Source of the DNA: Octopus sinensis
Taxonomy: Eukaryota
Direction: 5' to 3'
DNA length: 64,000 nt
Assembly: GCF_006345805.1 (NCBI RefSeq)
Contig: NC_043002.1
Location: forward strand, 101,680,001-101,744,000
Part shown: piece by piece, positions 1 to 14,424 of the stretch
How the letters are laid out: each line of letters starts with the position of its first letter
Position numbering within the stretch: the first letter of the stretch is position 1
The notes under the pieces: generated by a model
Seen by the model: the letters and a program-made list of their open reading frames with translations, nothing else
The model's database searches: none
What the model was told of the DNA's origin: nothing
Made by a program: the position numbers and the translations under genes

Positions 1-40
1 GAAGCTTTACCGGATCGAAGACACTGATATGTCTTATTAG

Positions 41-115
41 GTTTACGAAAACTAGATCCATTTTCCCAGTTAGAATTCGACGCTGTAAACGGATATTTTG
101 AAGATATATATGGAT
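41..115 (+). CDS. Candidate internal exon of unidentified + strand gene (GLRKLDPFSQLEFDAVNGYFEDIYG)
   Basis: ttattag acceptor, open frame, GGAT|gtaaag donor; the following intron would be only 56 nt. Confidence 0.22.
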
Positions 116-171
116 GTAAAGAATAAACATCATTTTAGCATATAAACATTTGGCAAATAATTTTGTACAAG

Positions 172-249
172 TTCATGTACGATCATGGAGATACCAGGTG
201 CCAAAAATCATCCGTGAGAGAACCCGTGAAAACCTTTTGAGTCGACCAC
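172..249 (+). CDS. Candidate internal exon (HVRSWRYQVPKIIRERTRENLLSRP)
   Basis: ttttgtacaag acceptor, gtatat donor, phase 1/1 compatible with neighbouring candidates; weak splice signals. Confidence 0.18.
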
Positions 250-250
250 G

Positions 251-282
<32 letters not shown>

Positions 283-539
283 CATATATATACTTAGATA
301 GTTGTACATACACATGCACATCATTGCTCACGGTGTATATAACCCTTTCAATTTCCATATAGAAACCTTGCTTATGATGTGCGGTTGAGATAGAAGATAA
401 ACAGAACTTGCCTCCGGAGCCATTACATATGGATAATTTTGATTCAAACGAATGAGTGATACATGTTGCAGTATGAAAGATGGCGAAGAGAAACGCGATA
501 TAGGCTAGTAAAAGAGAAGATGAATACAAGGAAATAATG

Positions 540-543
<4 letters not shown>

Positions 544-583
<40 letters not shown>

Positions 584-584
584 C

Positions 585-622
<38 letters not shown>

Positions 623-623
623 A

Positions 624-659
<36 letters not shown>

Positions 660-1600
660 TGTATTGTGTGTGTGTGTGTGTGTGTGTTGTATGTATGTAT
701 GTGTGTATGTGTGTATATATGTATGTGTGTATGTATGTATATATGTATGTGTGTATGTATATATGTATGTGTGTATGTATGTATATATGTATGTGTGTAT
801 GTATGTGTGTATGTATATATATGTATGTGTGTATGTATGTATATATGTATGTGTGTATGTATATATGTATGTGTGTATGTATGTGTGTGTATGTATGTAT
901 GTATATATGTGAGTATGTATATATGTGTGTATGTATGTATATATGTATGTATATGTGTATGTATATATGTATATATGTATGTATGTGTGTATGTATGTAT
1001 ATATGTATGTATGTGTGTATGTGTATATGTATGTGTGTATGTATGTATATATATATATGCGTATTTGTGTGCGTATATATAAATATAGATATATATATAT
1101 ATATAAAGGAGAAATAGATGTAAGAGAGAGAAAAGTGATAATGGAAAACGTATGGAAGGATAATAATGACAAAGTGAGATTGTAGACTGTCTAGGTGAGA
1201 GAGAGAGAAAGAGAGGGGAGAGAGAGAGAGAGTAAGAGAGAGCGAAAGAGAGGGGAGAGAGAGTCGTGGTATTTTATAGTGAGATGATAATATTAAAAGG
1301 AGTGACATAAGTGTCTGCTCGATGCATGTGTGAGTGTGTGTGTATGTGAATATTTTTATGTATGTGTTTATGGCTGCGTTCATGTGGGAAGGAGACAGTG
1401 TGAGAGAAAGATTAGGTCGAAATGAATATGAAAGAATTAGAGTTAGAGAGAGAGAGAGGAGAGGAGAGAGAGAGAGAGAGAGAGAAGGGCGATAATAAAT
1501 AAACTGGTAAATAAGAGAAAGGAAGAGAGCGAGGGTATGAAACTGTAATAAGGATAGGGAGGTGGAGGAGGAGGAAGAGGAGAGAAATGTGAATGAAGAT
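544..1600. repeat. Compound microsatellite block (TA)n, (TATG)n, (TG)n followed by GA-rich polypurine tract
   Basis: Direct inspection. Confidence 0.95.
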
Positions 1601-1659
1601 ATTTGGCAAAGAGATGTAAAATATAAAAATAAGTATCAAAGAAAGGGAAAAAATATAAA

Positions 1660-2269
1660 TATATATATATATGTATGTATATATAACATACATACATATA
1701 ATATTATATATATATATATATGATGTATATATACATACATATATATATATGTATATATATATATATAGTATGTATATATCCATACATATATATATGTATA
1801 TATATATGTATATATACATACATATATATATGTATATATATATATATATGCATACATATAAATACATATAATATATATTATATATACATGCATGTATATA
1901 TATATGCATACATATAAATATATATATATATATGCATGCATATATTATCTATATATGCATACATATAAATATATATATATATATACATGCATATTTATAT
2001 ATATATATATGCATACATAAAATATATAATTATATACATGCATATATATATATATGCATACATATATATATATATGCATACATATAAATATATATATATA
2101 TATACATGCATATTTATATATATATATATATGCATACATATAAATATATATATATACACATGCATATATATATATATATATGCATACATATAAATATATA
2201 TATATATACATGCATGTAATATATATATATATACATACATATATATATATACTATATATATATATTATA

Positions 2270-2313
<44 letters not shown>

Positions 2314-2327
2314 TAATATATACATGC

Positions 2328-2365
<38 letters not shown>

Positions 2366-2370
2366 AAAAT
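1660..2370. repeat. TA/TACA/TGCA-rich compound microsatellite
   Basis: Direct inspection. Confidence 0.95.
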
Positions 2371-3056
2371 GGTCGGAACCATTTAGAAGGTGGATAATGG
2401 AAGGTGTTAAAAATCAGTAGAACATTTTCTGGCAAAGCAACTCTGCCTGGCAGGCATTTGCATTCATTTTAATATACGTTATTCTAGCAAAAGAGAGGAA
2501 GAAAAAAATGAACAGAAAGCCTAATAAACGTATATATATATAATATAAAAAAAAAGAGAAATAATCATCAAAAAACGTAGAAAATAGAAGAAAAACCACA
2601 AGGAAAAATGCTCCGCTTGTTTGACGTTCTTAAGTGAATTTTCGTCGAGTGTAGCACATCGTGACAGGAGGAAATCGTATACAGAAGGTTCTAGATGTCT
2701 TAAACAAGAAACAGCAGTGATAGAAGACAATCACAGAATACGTTTGAGCCCCGGAGATATACAAAAATCAACATGATCGCAGCGGCTATAAAATTGTCAC
2801 CCTGCGGGTGGGTGGACTGCTTGGTGAATAGGTTTTTTTTGCCCTTCATTTAATTCACTTTTTGGATCAAACAGCAACGATCATTGAAAGGCGTGCAGCA
2901 TTATTTGATACGAATTTGCTCTCTTCCTTTTCTTTCTTTCCGCTTTTATTATCTTCTTTTGCATGTGTGCGTGAGTATATATACATATATGTATATATAC
3001 ATACACTTATAGATATGTATATAAATACATAAATATATATACATACATATATATAT

Positions 3057-3103
<47 letters not shown>

Positions 3104-3184
3104 CATTCATGTATTTATATGCATACTTACGCATGTATTTAAGTACACAAACACATACAATATATATATATGTATGCTTGCATG

Positions 3185-3221
<37 letters not shown>

Positions 3222-4465
3222 CTTCATTCATACACATACACACACAAACACACGTACATATATAATTACGTCCGCATATTATATATATATATATAACTCT
3301 TTCTTTCTCTCCCTCCTTTCTCCACTCCCTCTATCTCTCTCTCTCTTTCTCTCTCTCCCTCTGGTTCTTTGTAGACTAAGAAGTCTTTTATTTAAGAACA
3401 AGAAAGGATTATAAATATGTCAGTTCTAAATAAATACATATTGGTCGTGCACCATATTGCGAAATATTCTCACACTGTTAAAAAAAGAAACGTAGAAAGA
3501 ATGAATTTGGACCAAAAGAATTCCAATGTAAAAAAAAAAAAATATCACAAACACACAAAATGGAAGAAAAAGAAACGCATCTATTTTGCGAAACAGCATG
3601 AAAGGACATGACGAGTAATCATGAAGTCAAAATCCTATTGAAAATACTGAGGAATCAGCTAAAAGTATCATAGAATTTACACAAACGGTTAAAAATAACA
3701 CAAAGAAAACTAATAAAGAAAGATGATATAACGCACTTAGGTCATGTTGATTCAAATGAAACCTGCTGTTGGTTTTCTCTCGGGCAAAGGCCCAAACATT
3801 GATTTGGATATTTCGGATAACAAACTGCGTATTTGAAAGTCTCCTGGCGATGTTCTGTTTCCAGTTTTAATATTTGAAACAGTGTCTTCCAGTTGTTAGT
3901 CTTTAATAGTTTCTCGTCAGCCCTGATCAAGGAGATGTTCTCACTCTGTCGTCGGAGTCGTGGCCATCTCTACAATTTTGTATATTAGTTTCTACATCAA
4001 CGAGTGTACTCCTCTTTATTGAAGGCAATGTGTGATTTCATGGGTGTTTAACTGAACTCTAATTGTTCAGGGTCCTTGTTGAGGCTTTCTTGTTTGCTCC
4101 AGGTTTGTTAGTGTTGTAAGGACAAATGAATGAAGATAGCCAAAGCATTCTTTCTAGGAATTTAAGACCACAAACTGTATTAGGCTTGTACCTACTTGAC
4201 GTTTATTTATATCAAGTGGAAAACAGACGTTTGGTGATTTTCAAGAAGGTCACCAGATTTCGTTCGCAACCTCATAACACATATATCTGAGTATGTGTAG
4301 ATTGAAACGTCTTTATGCTTGTTCAGACCCGAGACCTGCGCAATCTGCTGCTTAGTATTTTTGTATGGAGCAGCTCTAAGTCAGAGTGCTAATAAATTCT
4401 ACCATGCTAAGACCTAATATTATTGTTTCTCGGCGATGTTACGACAGTGTATTTTGTTCATGCAG

Positions 4466-4524
4466 ATGCCTTGTCCAGCCGTGGAGAAGATAATGTTTTG
4501 ATTCTTATTTTGGATATTGTTCGA
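4466..4524 (+). CDS. Candidate internal exon (ALSSRGEDNVLILILDIVR)
   Basis: ttttgttcatgcag acceptor and consensus gtaagt donor; only one of three frames is open. Confidence 0.42.
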
Positions 4525-5621
4525 GTAAGTAAAACAAAAGGCAGAATCTGATACGATATTTTGTGTTTTCGGACGTCTCCCTGACAAATTGAAAGAGAAC
4601 GGTCTTACGCGCCTTTGTAATCGTGACCACGGGTCCCTAATATAAAATTGTCGGTCGGCAATTGTTCACTGAAACCCCAAAAGTTAATTCGAAAGCAGTC
4701 CTTCCTCAGAACGGGAAAAATTTCTTTTCTGTACTTATTGCACATGCTGTAAACTTGAAAGAATCATGTGATTTCAAGAAGTACCTTTTTTTTTAAAGTA
4801 CCTTCTTTCTAAAAGAAGGTACTTTTAGAAAGGGATGAGTCTCAGAAATATAAGTGAAATATGTGTGGAGATCAGAAAACCATTGCACATTGGAAATGGT
4901 TTCAGGAAACCTTGCACCATTCATATGTTGGCTTTTAGAAAGTGTTCCTTCTACCTTTTCCTCTTAAGCTTAAACTTATGAAACACCTTATCAAAGCCAT
5001 GAACAAAACGCAGACACGGTTCATATAACTGAGAAAAAAAGTCCCTGGATCAGCAATGCTATCATTAAAAGCGTGACATCTTTTCTTTTTGCAGGACATT
5101 AGTTTAGAGAATTCTTAAGAGAAGAGAGTTTTAAAGGAGAGTTTGTCAAGTTGGGAAAGCTACGTTTGGCAGATCCTTTAAACACAACCTATTTTGGATT
5201 GCTGAGTCGATGCTGACTCATTTAACATCGCAGATTTTCATATTTTTCTCCCCACTCCCTCTGTTTGTGTTAACATATATCTCTATGTCTTAAAGGAGAG
5301 GGTAAGTATTTATGTCAGTCGCCTTCAATCACTAAATTGTAATGTTTCTCTCTCCATCCTACTCTTTCTATCTGTATGTGTTTATATATACGTGTGCGTG
5401 TACTTGCATTCGTGTGTGTGCGTGTGCGTGCATATTTGTCTCCTTCGCCAAAAAGCACTGTCGCCAAAACAGCTTGAATGTCCAGTCAGTCCTGCGGAAC
5501 TCCAGATGAGATTAAACTCCGCCCGCGTCCGAAGTCATGTATGGGAACAAAAGCAGTCTGTCTTCTGAATGAAAACCAGAAAATGCATTTTGAACGAAAG
5601 ATTACTGATATATATATATAT

Positions 5622-5668
<47 letters not shown>

Positions 5669-5670
<2 letters not shown>

Positions 5671-6040
5671 CGCAGGAGTGGCTGTGTGGTAAGTAGTTCC
5701 GGGTTCAGTTCCACTGCGTGGCACATTGAGCAAGTGTCTTCTACTATAGCCTCGGGCCGACCAAATCCTTGTGAGTGGATTTGGTAGACGGAAACTGAAA
5801 GAAGTCCGTCGTATATATGTATATATATGCGTGTGTGTGTTTGTGTGTTTGTGTTTGTCCCCCTAGCATTGCTTGACAACCGATGCTGGTGTGTTTATGT
5901 TCCCGTTACTTAGCGGTTCGGCAAAATACCGATAGAATAAGTACTGGGCTTAAAAAAGAATAAATCCCGGGGTCGAGTTGCTCGATTAAAGGCGGTGCTC
6001 CAGCATGGCCACAGTCATATGACTGAAACAAGTAAAAGAC
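5669..6040 (+). mobile_element. tRNA-derived SINE (family 1) with internal microsatellite and LINE-derived 3' tail
   Basis: Head ggcgcaggagtggctgtgtggtaag...gggttcagttcc; tail ggcggtgctccagcatggccacag; homologous copies at 13241-13710, 24985-25141 (-) and 30465-30655. Confidence 0.85.
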
Positions 6041-6171
6041 TAAACGAATATATATATATAAATCATCTTTAGGCGTGTGGGTTTCGGTGGGGTGGTCATA
6101 AGGATTTTGTGTTTGCGGTAGGTTGCACCTGAGCACTCTATACAACAATTTCCTTATTATATATATATATT

Positions 6172-6520
6172 ATAATACTTGGTATCTCGTTGAAAGAGCA
6201 CATCAGTAGCGAGATCATCAGAAAGAAGTCCGGCGTGAGAGATGTCATCGCAGAGTATACACGCAGCAAGTTTAGATGAGCTGGACACGTCGCCCGGCTC
6301 ACCGATAATCGGTGGACCGCGCAGTTGCCGAGTGGTACCCGCGCGAGCGAAAACGATCACCCGGAAGGCCTCCACGACGGTGGAGTTACGATTTCAGGAG
6401 GACGATTGGGATCGCGTGGATGAGAAAGGCGCGATCCAGAGAGGAGTGGACAGCGTGCTGTGACCAGCGGTGTCAAATGGACGCCTGACGGACTGGCCGG
6501 TCAAGGTGATCAAGGTGATA
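6172..6520 (+). mobile_element. RTE-clade LINE 3' fragment
   Basis: Translates to ILGISLKEHISSEIIRKKSGVRDVIAEYTRSKFR*AGHVARLTDNRWT...WYPRERKRSPGRPPRRW, typical RTE C-terminus. Confidence 0.8.
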
Positions 6521-6984
6521 TGTATAGTTATATAAACATAAACCACAGCCTGGCTGTTGTTGAAATGTTCTTCAGCCGAGATGAGATAAACCAGTTACTA
6601 TCTGGGAGTAATCCACAAGCAGGATGATAGTTACAACAACAGGAATAAGAACAACACTATCAGCAACAACAGGTTTCCCTGCAATGACTGACGTATTTCT
6701 ATATACACAGAAGATTGTTGATAGTGACAACGAAGTTTTGTCTGCTAAGACATCGTCGGACCGAGATGCATTAGAGATAGTCTTACATTTATATAGACTT
6801 TGTTAAAATCATCTTTAGGCGTGTGGGTTTCGGTGGGGGCGGTCATAAGGATTCTGTGTTTGCAGTAGGTTGCACCTGAGCACTCTATACAACAATTTCC
6901 TTATTATATATGAATTGTGTTTTGGAGAAGTTTTAATTGATTAAATTTGGAGATATGCTATTGTTTAGAATTTATTCATGTATA

Positions 6985-7290
6985 TAGAACTTCGTAGACA
7001 AGTGTGTAGGTGTGTTGTGTTTAGTGTGGGAGGAGAAATTGAGGTATTAGTGTGAGTCTGTGTGTTTGTAGTGGCTGCAGGTTGTGAGAGTGGAGTGATG
7101 AATGCTGGCCGAAATGTCAAGAAAGGAGACAGAGTTGTCAGAGAAAGTGCAGGAGAAGTGGAGGGCAGGATGGAAAGATTTGACAAAAGAGAGGAAGGAG
7201 TCTAGTTGTTCGCGGGCGAGTGAGGTCGCACCGATGCAGTCGTCAATATAACGGCCGTATAGTTCGGCAGTGGGACCAGTGAAACTTCAT
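6985..7290 (-). mobile_element. Penelope-like element reverse transcriptase remnant
   Basis: Minus strand reads SFTGPTAELYGRYIDDCIGATSLAREQLDSFLSFVKSFHPALHFSCTFSDNSVSFLDISASIHHSTLTTCSHYKHTDSH*YLNFSSH (RYIDD at 7239-7253, FLD and K.TDSH.YL motifs). Confidence 0.85.
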
Positions 7291-7294
7291 AACA

Positions 7295-7625
7295 TTTAGA
7301 GAGACTTAGAAATATTAATATTTCTACTTTTGAAAACCAGTGGATGTATTCCACTGAATTTAGGTAAATAATCCTTCGAACAGACGGTCAGCAGCCACGC
7401 CTGCTGGGTTCGACTGCTCTACATTGATAAGTGGCAACTACCTCGAAACTAGTTTGTAGATGCCAAACCAGTAAGGGGAAGCGGCTGACATCCCCTGTTC
7501 GAAGGTTATAATGGACACAGGTTCGTGTGTTAGATAGTTAGCTCGAGGTGATGGCCTCTTGGGGCTAATCAAAGGCAGCATTCGTCCTATTTTCCTGGAC
7601 TGCCATATTAGTTTGGCGATAACTA

Positions 7626-7630
<5 letters not shown>
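7295..7630 (+). mobile_element. Single diverged copy of the ~363-nt hammerhead-bearing (retrozyme-like) unit
   Basis: Colinear similarity to the 54-56 kb unit along its length; ends at gcgataacta then (TA)n. Confidence 0.85.
7418..7460 (+). ncRNA. Type I hammerhead ribozyme, U3:A8 core variant, GUU site
   Basis: TCTACA/TGTAGA helix I; core TTGATAA; helix II GTGG-caacta-CCTC (one T-T mismatch); GAAA; palindromic helix III ACTAGT. Confidence 0.75.
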
Positions 7631-7661
<31 letters not shown>

Positions 7662-8102
7662 CGTATGCACCTATTATTTGAACAGTGGGCTTTTCATTGA
7701 AGAGGAGTCTCAGTGAAACATATTTTGCTTGACTCAAGACTTCACTATTTTTATATTCCATGCGGCCTGGTCATGTTCCTCAACACCAGGAATATATATG
7801 TAGGTATTATACATATGCATACTATTGTAGTATAACATCCCCTAATCTCCAAGCTTCTAATTCATTGTGAGAAAGAATGAAAGAAAATTGAAAACTGGCC
7901 TTCATGGATATGAACAGATAATATTTCTTAATTTCATGGTGCTTCTTGTTTTGTTTTTAGCCTCATCACATCACATTCCCTGCCACAATCCGATGTCTGA
8001 AGAAAACAAAATACTGGTCTCAGTCGCCAATATATATATATAAAAAAGGACAAAAAAAGCCCAAAAGCAACTGCAGTGGTTTTCTGTGTGTCTTCCTCTC
8101 AG

Positions 8103-8152
8103 ACGCAGGACAAGGCCTGCTGCAAACGTCAGACTTCACACGCCTCAAGCAA
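8103..8152 (+). CDS. Candidate internal exon (TQDKACCKRQTSHASS in phase 0/2)
   Basis: Strong acceptor ttttctgtgtgtcttcctctcag; weak donor gtgaac; reading frame ambiguous. Confidence 0.25.
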
Positions 8153-8269
8153 GTGAACTTATCGAACTGTTCTGGATGTTAGCTCTTCTGGGTATTGTTT
8201 GGACTCAGCCCGTCTACTTCGGATTTGATACACTGCTTGTAGACACAACACTCCATGGGGCTTCCAGTT

Positions 8270-10190
<1,921 letters not shown>

Positions 10191-10346
10191 ACGAGAACAA
10201 TAATAGAAAGAACACTTCACTGGGAATGTATGTATGTATATATCTATCTATCTACATGCATATATATAACTATATCTGTGTGTGGAAGAATGAATGTATG
10301 TACGTATATGCAATGCCTATATACAGAGATATGTATATATACATGT

Positions 10347-10377
<31 letters not shown>

Positions 10378-11216
10378 CATACATACATACAGAGAGAGAG
10401 ACTTCGATACACTAGGTAAAAGAAAAGCTATACGCAAATACCTAAATACATACACAAGAGAAAAAAACGAGAAAAAACAGTAATTTGTGTACATGTGCGT
10501 ATGTATACATATAGATGTGTATATGTTTGTGCATGTTTATATACATCTGTGTATATACAAGTGTATGTGTGGGTATATACATGTATATATACACACACAC
10601 ATGTATATCATTTATGATATTAGTATGTATATATTTATGTATATGTCTATCTATATACGTTCATACATATCTACATACAAACTTACATACATACGTATAG
10701 AAATACGTACATACACACATGCATGCATACAGTCATACAAACCTATAAGAGCCACAAGAAATAATTTAGGAAGTTTGGGGCTATACACACTCCATTCTAA
10801 AGCGACGCATGGAAGTTGCCAAAATAAACCGGATTCTCTCCTGGGACATTTTCCGCTCTTAAGTTTTTTTTTTGTGTTTTTTTCTTTGTTTTCCTGTTAT
10901 TTGACCGTTCACAACAATTTTATCATATACTGAAAATTGATCCTACATGGGCTGGAGGGGAAGTCAACAAATGAACAAATATAGAATATATGAAAAAAAA
11001 AAAAAGAAATGAAGTTTAAGTCCTGAAAAAAATACATGAAAAAACACATCAGATTTTCTGTCAGTTATTTCATAAAACTCACACACGCACTTACACACAT
11101 TCAAACACTCACATACACACATACATTCGAGAGAAATATGTCACTTCTCTTCTGTGTTGTTTCAGTTGGTGAAAGACCATCTATCAAGTTTTGTTGTTGA
11201 TTTTGTTTCTCCTTAG

Positions 11217-11283
11217 GTCAACCGTGATTGAGCACAACCAGATCAAAGGCGTTCACCCTGCGGTCACCCCGTCTTTTATTCAG
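11217..11283 (+). CDS. Candidate internal exon (STVIEHNQIKGVHPAVTPSFIQ)
   Basis: ttttgtttctccttag acceptor, CAG|gtataa donor, single open frame. Confidence 0.52.
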
Positions 11284-11377
11284 GTATAATGAATTCGAAA
11301 GTACATTATCCGTTGAATGTTCTTTCTCCTTTCACTCGTCAACGGTTTCTTCCTTTTTTTTTTTTTTTCTTTTGAAG

Positions 11378-11428
11378 TCGCTAAGATTTGATTTGAGAAA
11401 GATTCTCTCGGGACAAGCGACCACATAG
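11378..11428 (+). CDS. Candidate terminal coding exon (SLRFDLRKILSGQATT*)
   Basis: Long poly-T tract plus gaag acceptor 94 nt after the previous donor; phase 0 continues to TAG. Confidence 0.42.
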   Translation, partial: SLRFDLRKILSGQATT

Positions 11429-11849
11429 AAGCAATGTCTGTAGTTTCAAGGGTAACCATCTCATAGGAATGGTTACCCGGACTCTCAAGTGGAAAAGCGA
11501 CCAATATTACATTTTCACGGGAAAAGGACGCCAGTTCTTTGTAGGATCCCTCATTTACAGTTGAGTAGAATGGACTAATGTAGAAGGAAATATTTTGCAC
11601 AAGGACACAGAACACCGCTTTACCTGAGAAGCGAAACCGAGATGTCATGATCGTAACTGCACCAAGCTGATCTCGAGGATACGCGCCTCCTTGCAGAGAG
11701 TTTCATAAAAATTAAATCTATTATTTTTAGTATTATATTGTCAGCATTATTAGTGCGGGCACCTGGCTCAGTAGTTACAGCATCGGGCACAAAATCATGA
11801 AGTTGTTAGTTCGATTCCCGGACCGGACTATATGTTTTGGATTAAAGTG

Positions 11850-13240
11850 GATTAAAGATCTTGAGAAGAAGACGGTGGTACTACGGACCTATTCTAGGTC
11901 GCATGGTGCCATCGACCTCTTCGACAAGATTGTGATAGAGAAAGAGTTGGCAGACTACCTGCCAATTATAAAATTTATTTTCAGGGGGGACCAAATTTGC
12001 AACGGTCTGGTTGCTGTTTAGTACCTCCCGAGGAAGCTGGCAGATTTGCCAGCGAGCCCCTTGTGGGGCAAGAAATGTTGTTTCTCCCCACTTATTGTGG
12101 GAGGAGAGTGATAAAAGCCTGGGTATGTGGGCTACTCCTGGGCACAAACGCAGGCTGAATTGGTGATACCATCCGGCAGGGACTGGGAGATAGCGGGCCC
12201 ATGCTCATATAGGTAAGAATGACGCCAACGGTCGACTGGGAGGGGGTCGAAAGCAATTTTGACCTTATGGACCCCATCGGCCGCAGACGAAATGGTATTC
12301 CCGGACTTCCTAAAAATGGTTGGCTGCAGGTATCCGCTGATACTTGAGGGTCGCCCCGCCCCAAGTGTCACTCGTGCCTGGAGCCTAGCCACATTAGGAA
12401 GGACTTCCCCCGGGGCCGTAACGTGGCTCAGGCACAGGAAAGTAAGGTGCCCACCCCCACCCCCTGTGTTGGAGGAGACGGTAGAAGTCATGAAGGAAGT
12501 TGCTTCCAGGAAGAGAAAAAGAAAGGTGAGCAACAATGGTTGCCCACCAAAAAATGGTCAAGCGGCACGGGAAACGGGGGGTGGGTGTCCCTGTGCCCGC
12601 CGTCTTATGTCCCAGCTCCCGTAGCCTCTAAAAGAAAGAGGAAAAAAAGGAGCAGAGGACAGTCGGCGGATGTCCTCGTGCCGCCGACTGAACCGCCGGT
12701 GGTATGTGTGCCATCAGCAGAAAAGGCTCAGTCTATGGGAAGTGTGCCACTGACGGAGCAGCTTGAGGCCCCTTCCCGTGAGGAGGAGGAGGAGGAGGAG
12801 TTTATCTTCCTTTATCAAGAGGGAGGGCCTTTGGGAGAATATTTGTACGGCCTTGGCGACTGAGATCATAGATACTCAGGCTGCATAAGCAGTCCAATAT
12901 AGCCTCCGGAGGTGGCTGCGGAGGTAATAGAACATAAAAATTCTATCAATTGACAAGAAAGAGTTTGCCTTCCTCTTCAAGGACCCCGATTTGTCGGTGC
13001 AGAGTTGTCTGCAGGTGGTAAGTCAACTTGCTTCAGGCTCCGATTAGGAGCCTTATTTGTATTGATATTTTTGAATTTTTGTATTAGAAAAATCGTATTC
13101 GAGGGCTTGTTGGCCGGTGGGCACCGACATCCTCCTCATCTTTATCATTATGTTTTCATTTCATCGCATTTTGTCTACGTCCAGCCCACAAGCTTCTTAC
13201 TCTGTGTAATGCCCTTGTGGCAAATTATATGAAATAAATG
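11850..13240 (+). mobile_element. Decayed gag/ORF1-like retroelement (L1/Tx1-style ORF1) with CCHC knuckle and no RT seen
   Basis: GC-richer island; stop-interrupted frame containing CHSCLEPSHIRKDF (C-x2-C-x4-H-x4-C with the last C changed to F) at 12366-12407; basic KRKRK tracts and E-rich tail; AATAAA near the 3' end. Confidence 0.55.
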
Positions 13241-13710
<470 letters not shown>

Positions 13711-14153
13711 ATACATATAAACGTGTGTGTGTATTCGATCAAATTTCCTTCAAGTTAACATAGGACCCCTTAACGACGAAATAATCTTCATTGTGTAAGA
13801 TATCTTTGGTCCGACCAGTCGCCCGCGGATTACCCCACATTTGGGTATTTACTACGTCCGTAGTTATGCTACCGTTGAAACCTATGTTTCAGCCTAGATT
13901 TTTGCCAATTCCATTCCCAAATTTGGGATTTTTATTCGCAGACACACAGCACCCCAAGCTGCTAACCTTCAACTTTAAGATAACATTTTTCAACTTACCG
14001 AACGTTGATATGGGAAAGATGTAGAACTTTCTTCGTCAATAAATCACTAAGGTTCCCGAAAGTTAAGCTTATTACACCTTAATGCTTGGATTTTACCTTT
14101 ACACACACACACACACACACACACAACAGACAGGGGGTGTCTAACTTTCGTAG

Positions 14154-14219
14154 CATCTCACAATGGACATGGATTATATATGTTGTTTCGTAAGGGTCAA
14201 TTTATTGTGGGTTGCCACG
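14154..14219 (+). CDS. Isolated symmetric exon candidate (SHNGHGLYMLFRKGQFIVGCH)
   Basis: ctaactttcgtag acceptor, G|gtaagt donor, 66 nt phase 1/1, open frame. Confidence 0.33.
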
Positions 14220-14288
14220 GTAAGTATTGTTCGAACATATTGTTGGAGAATCCTCTCGGTTGTCTATTATTACAGTGAACATTAATGA

Positions 14289-14321
<33 letters not shown>

Positions 14322-14424
14322 TTGCAGAGAACTTAGAACTTTGTCTCTCTCTCTCTCTCTCTTCTCATCAACACCTATTCGTGGAGGAAAAGCTTGCATA
14401 AAATGTATTGAAAACAGAATTGCA

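Noticed and set aside
444-2386. Long Y/I/M/C/V/H/T-rich ORFs (also at 21.4-23.9, 25.9-26.8, 28.3-29.4, 47.3-47.9, 54.0-54.4, 56.6-57.1 and 59.2-59.5 kb)
   Set aside because: Translations of (TA)n/(TG)n/(TATG)n microsatellites, which lack stops in some frames; not genes
2414-4400. Protein-looking minus-strand frames (e.g. RWPRLRRQSENISLIRADEKLLK, AAPYKNTKQQIAQVSG, HLEPSVYDFLLSRC)
   Set aside because: No consistent splice sites or phases and no recognisable family; cannot be separated from chance in AT-rich DNA
4795-4825. Short perfect hairpins (14 bp here; 10 bp at 11451-11479 and at about 58520-58541)
   Set aside because: Isolated, with no covariation or family support; expected occasionally by chance or slippage
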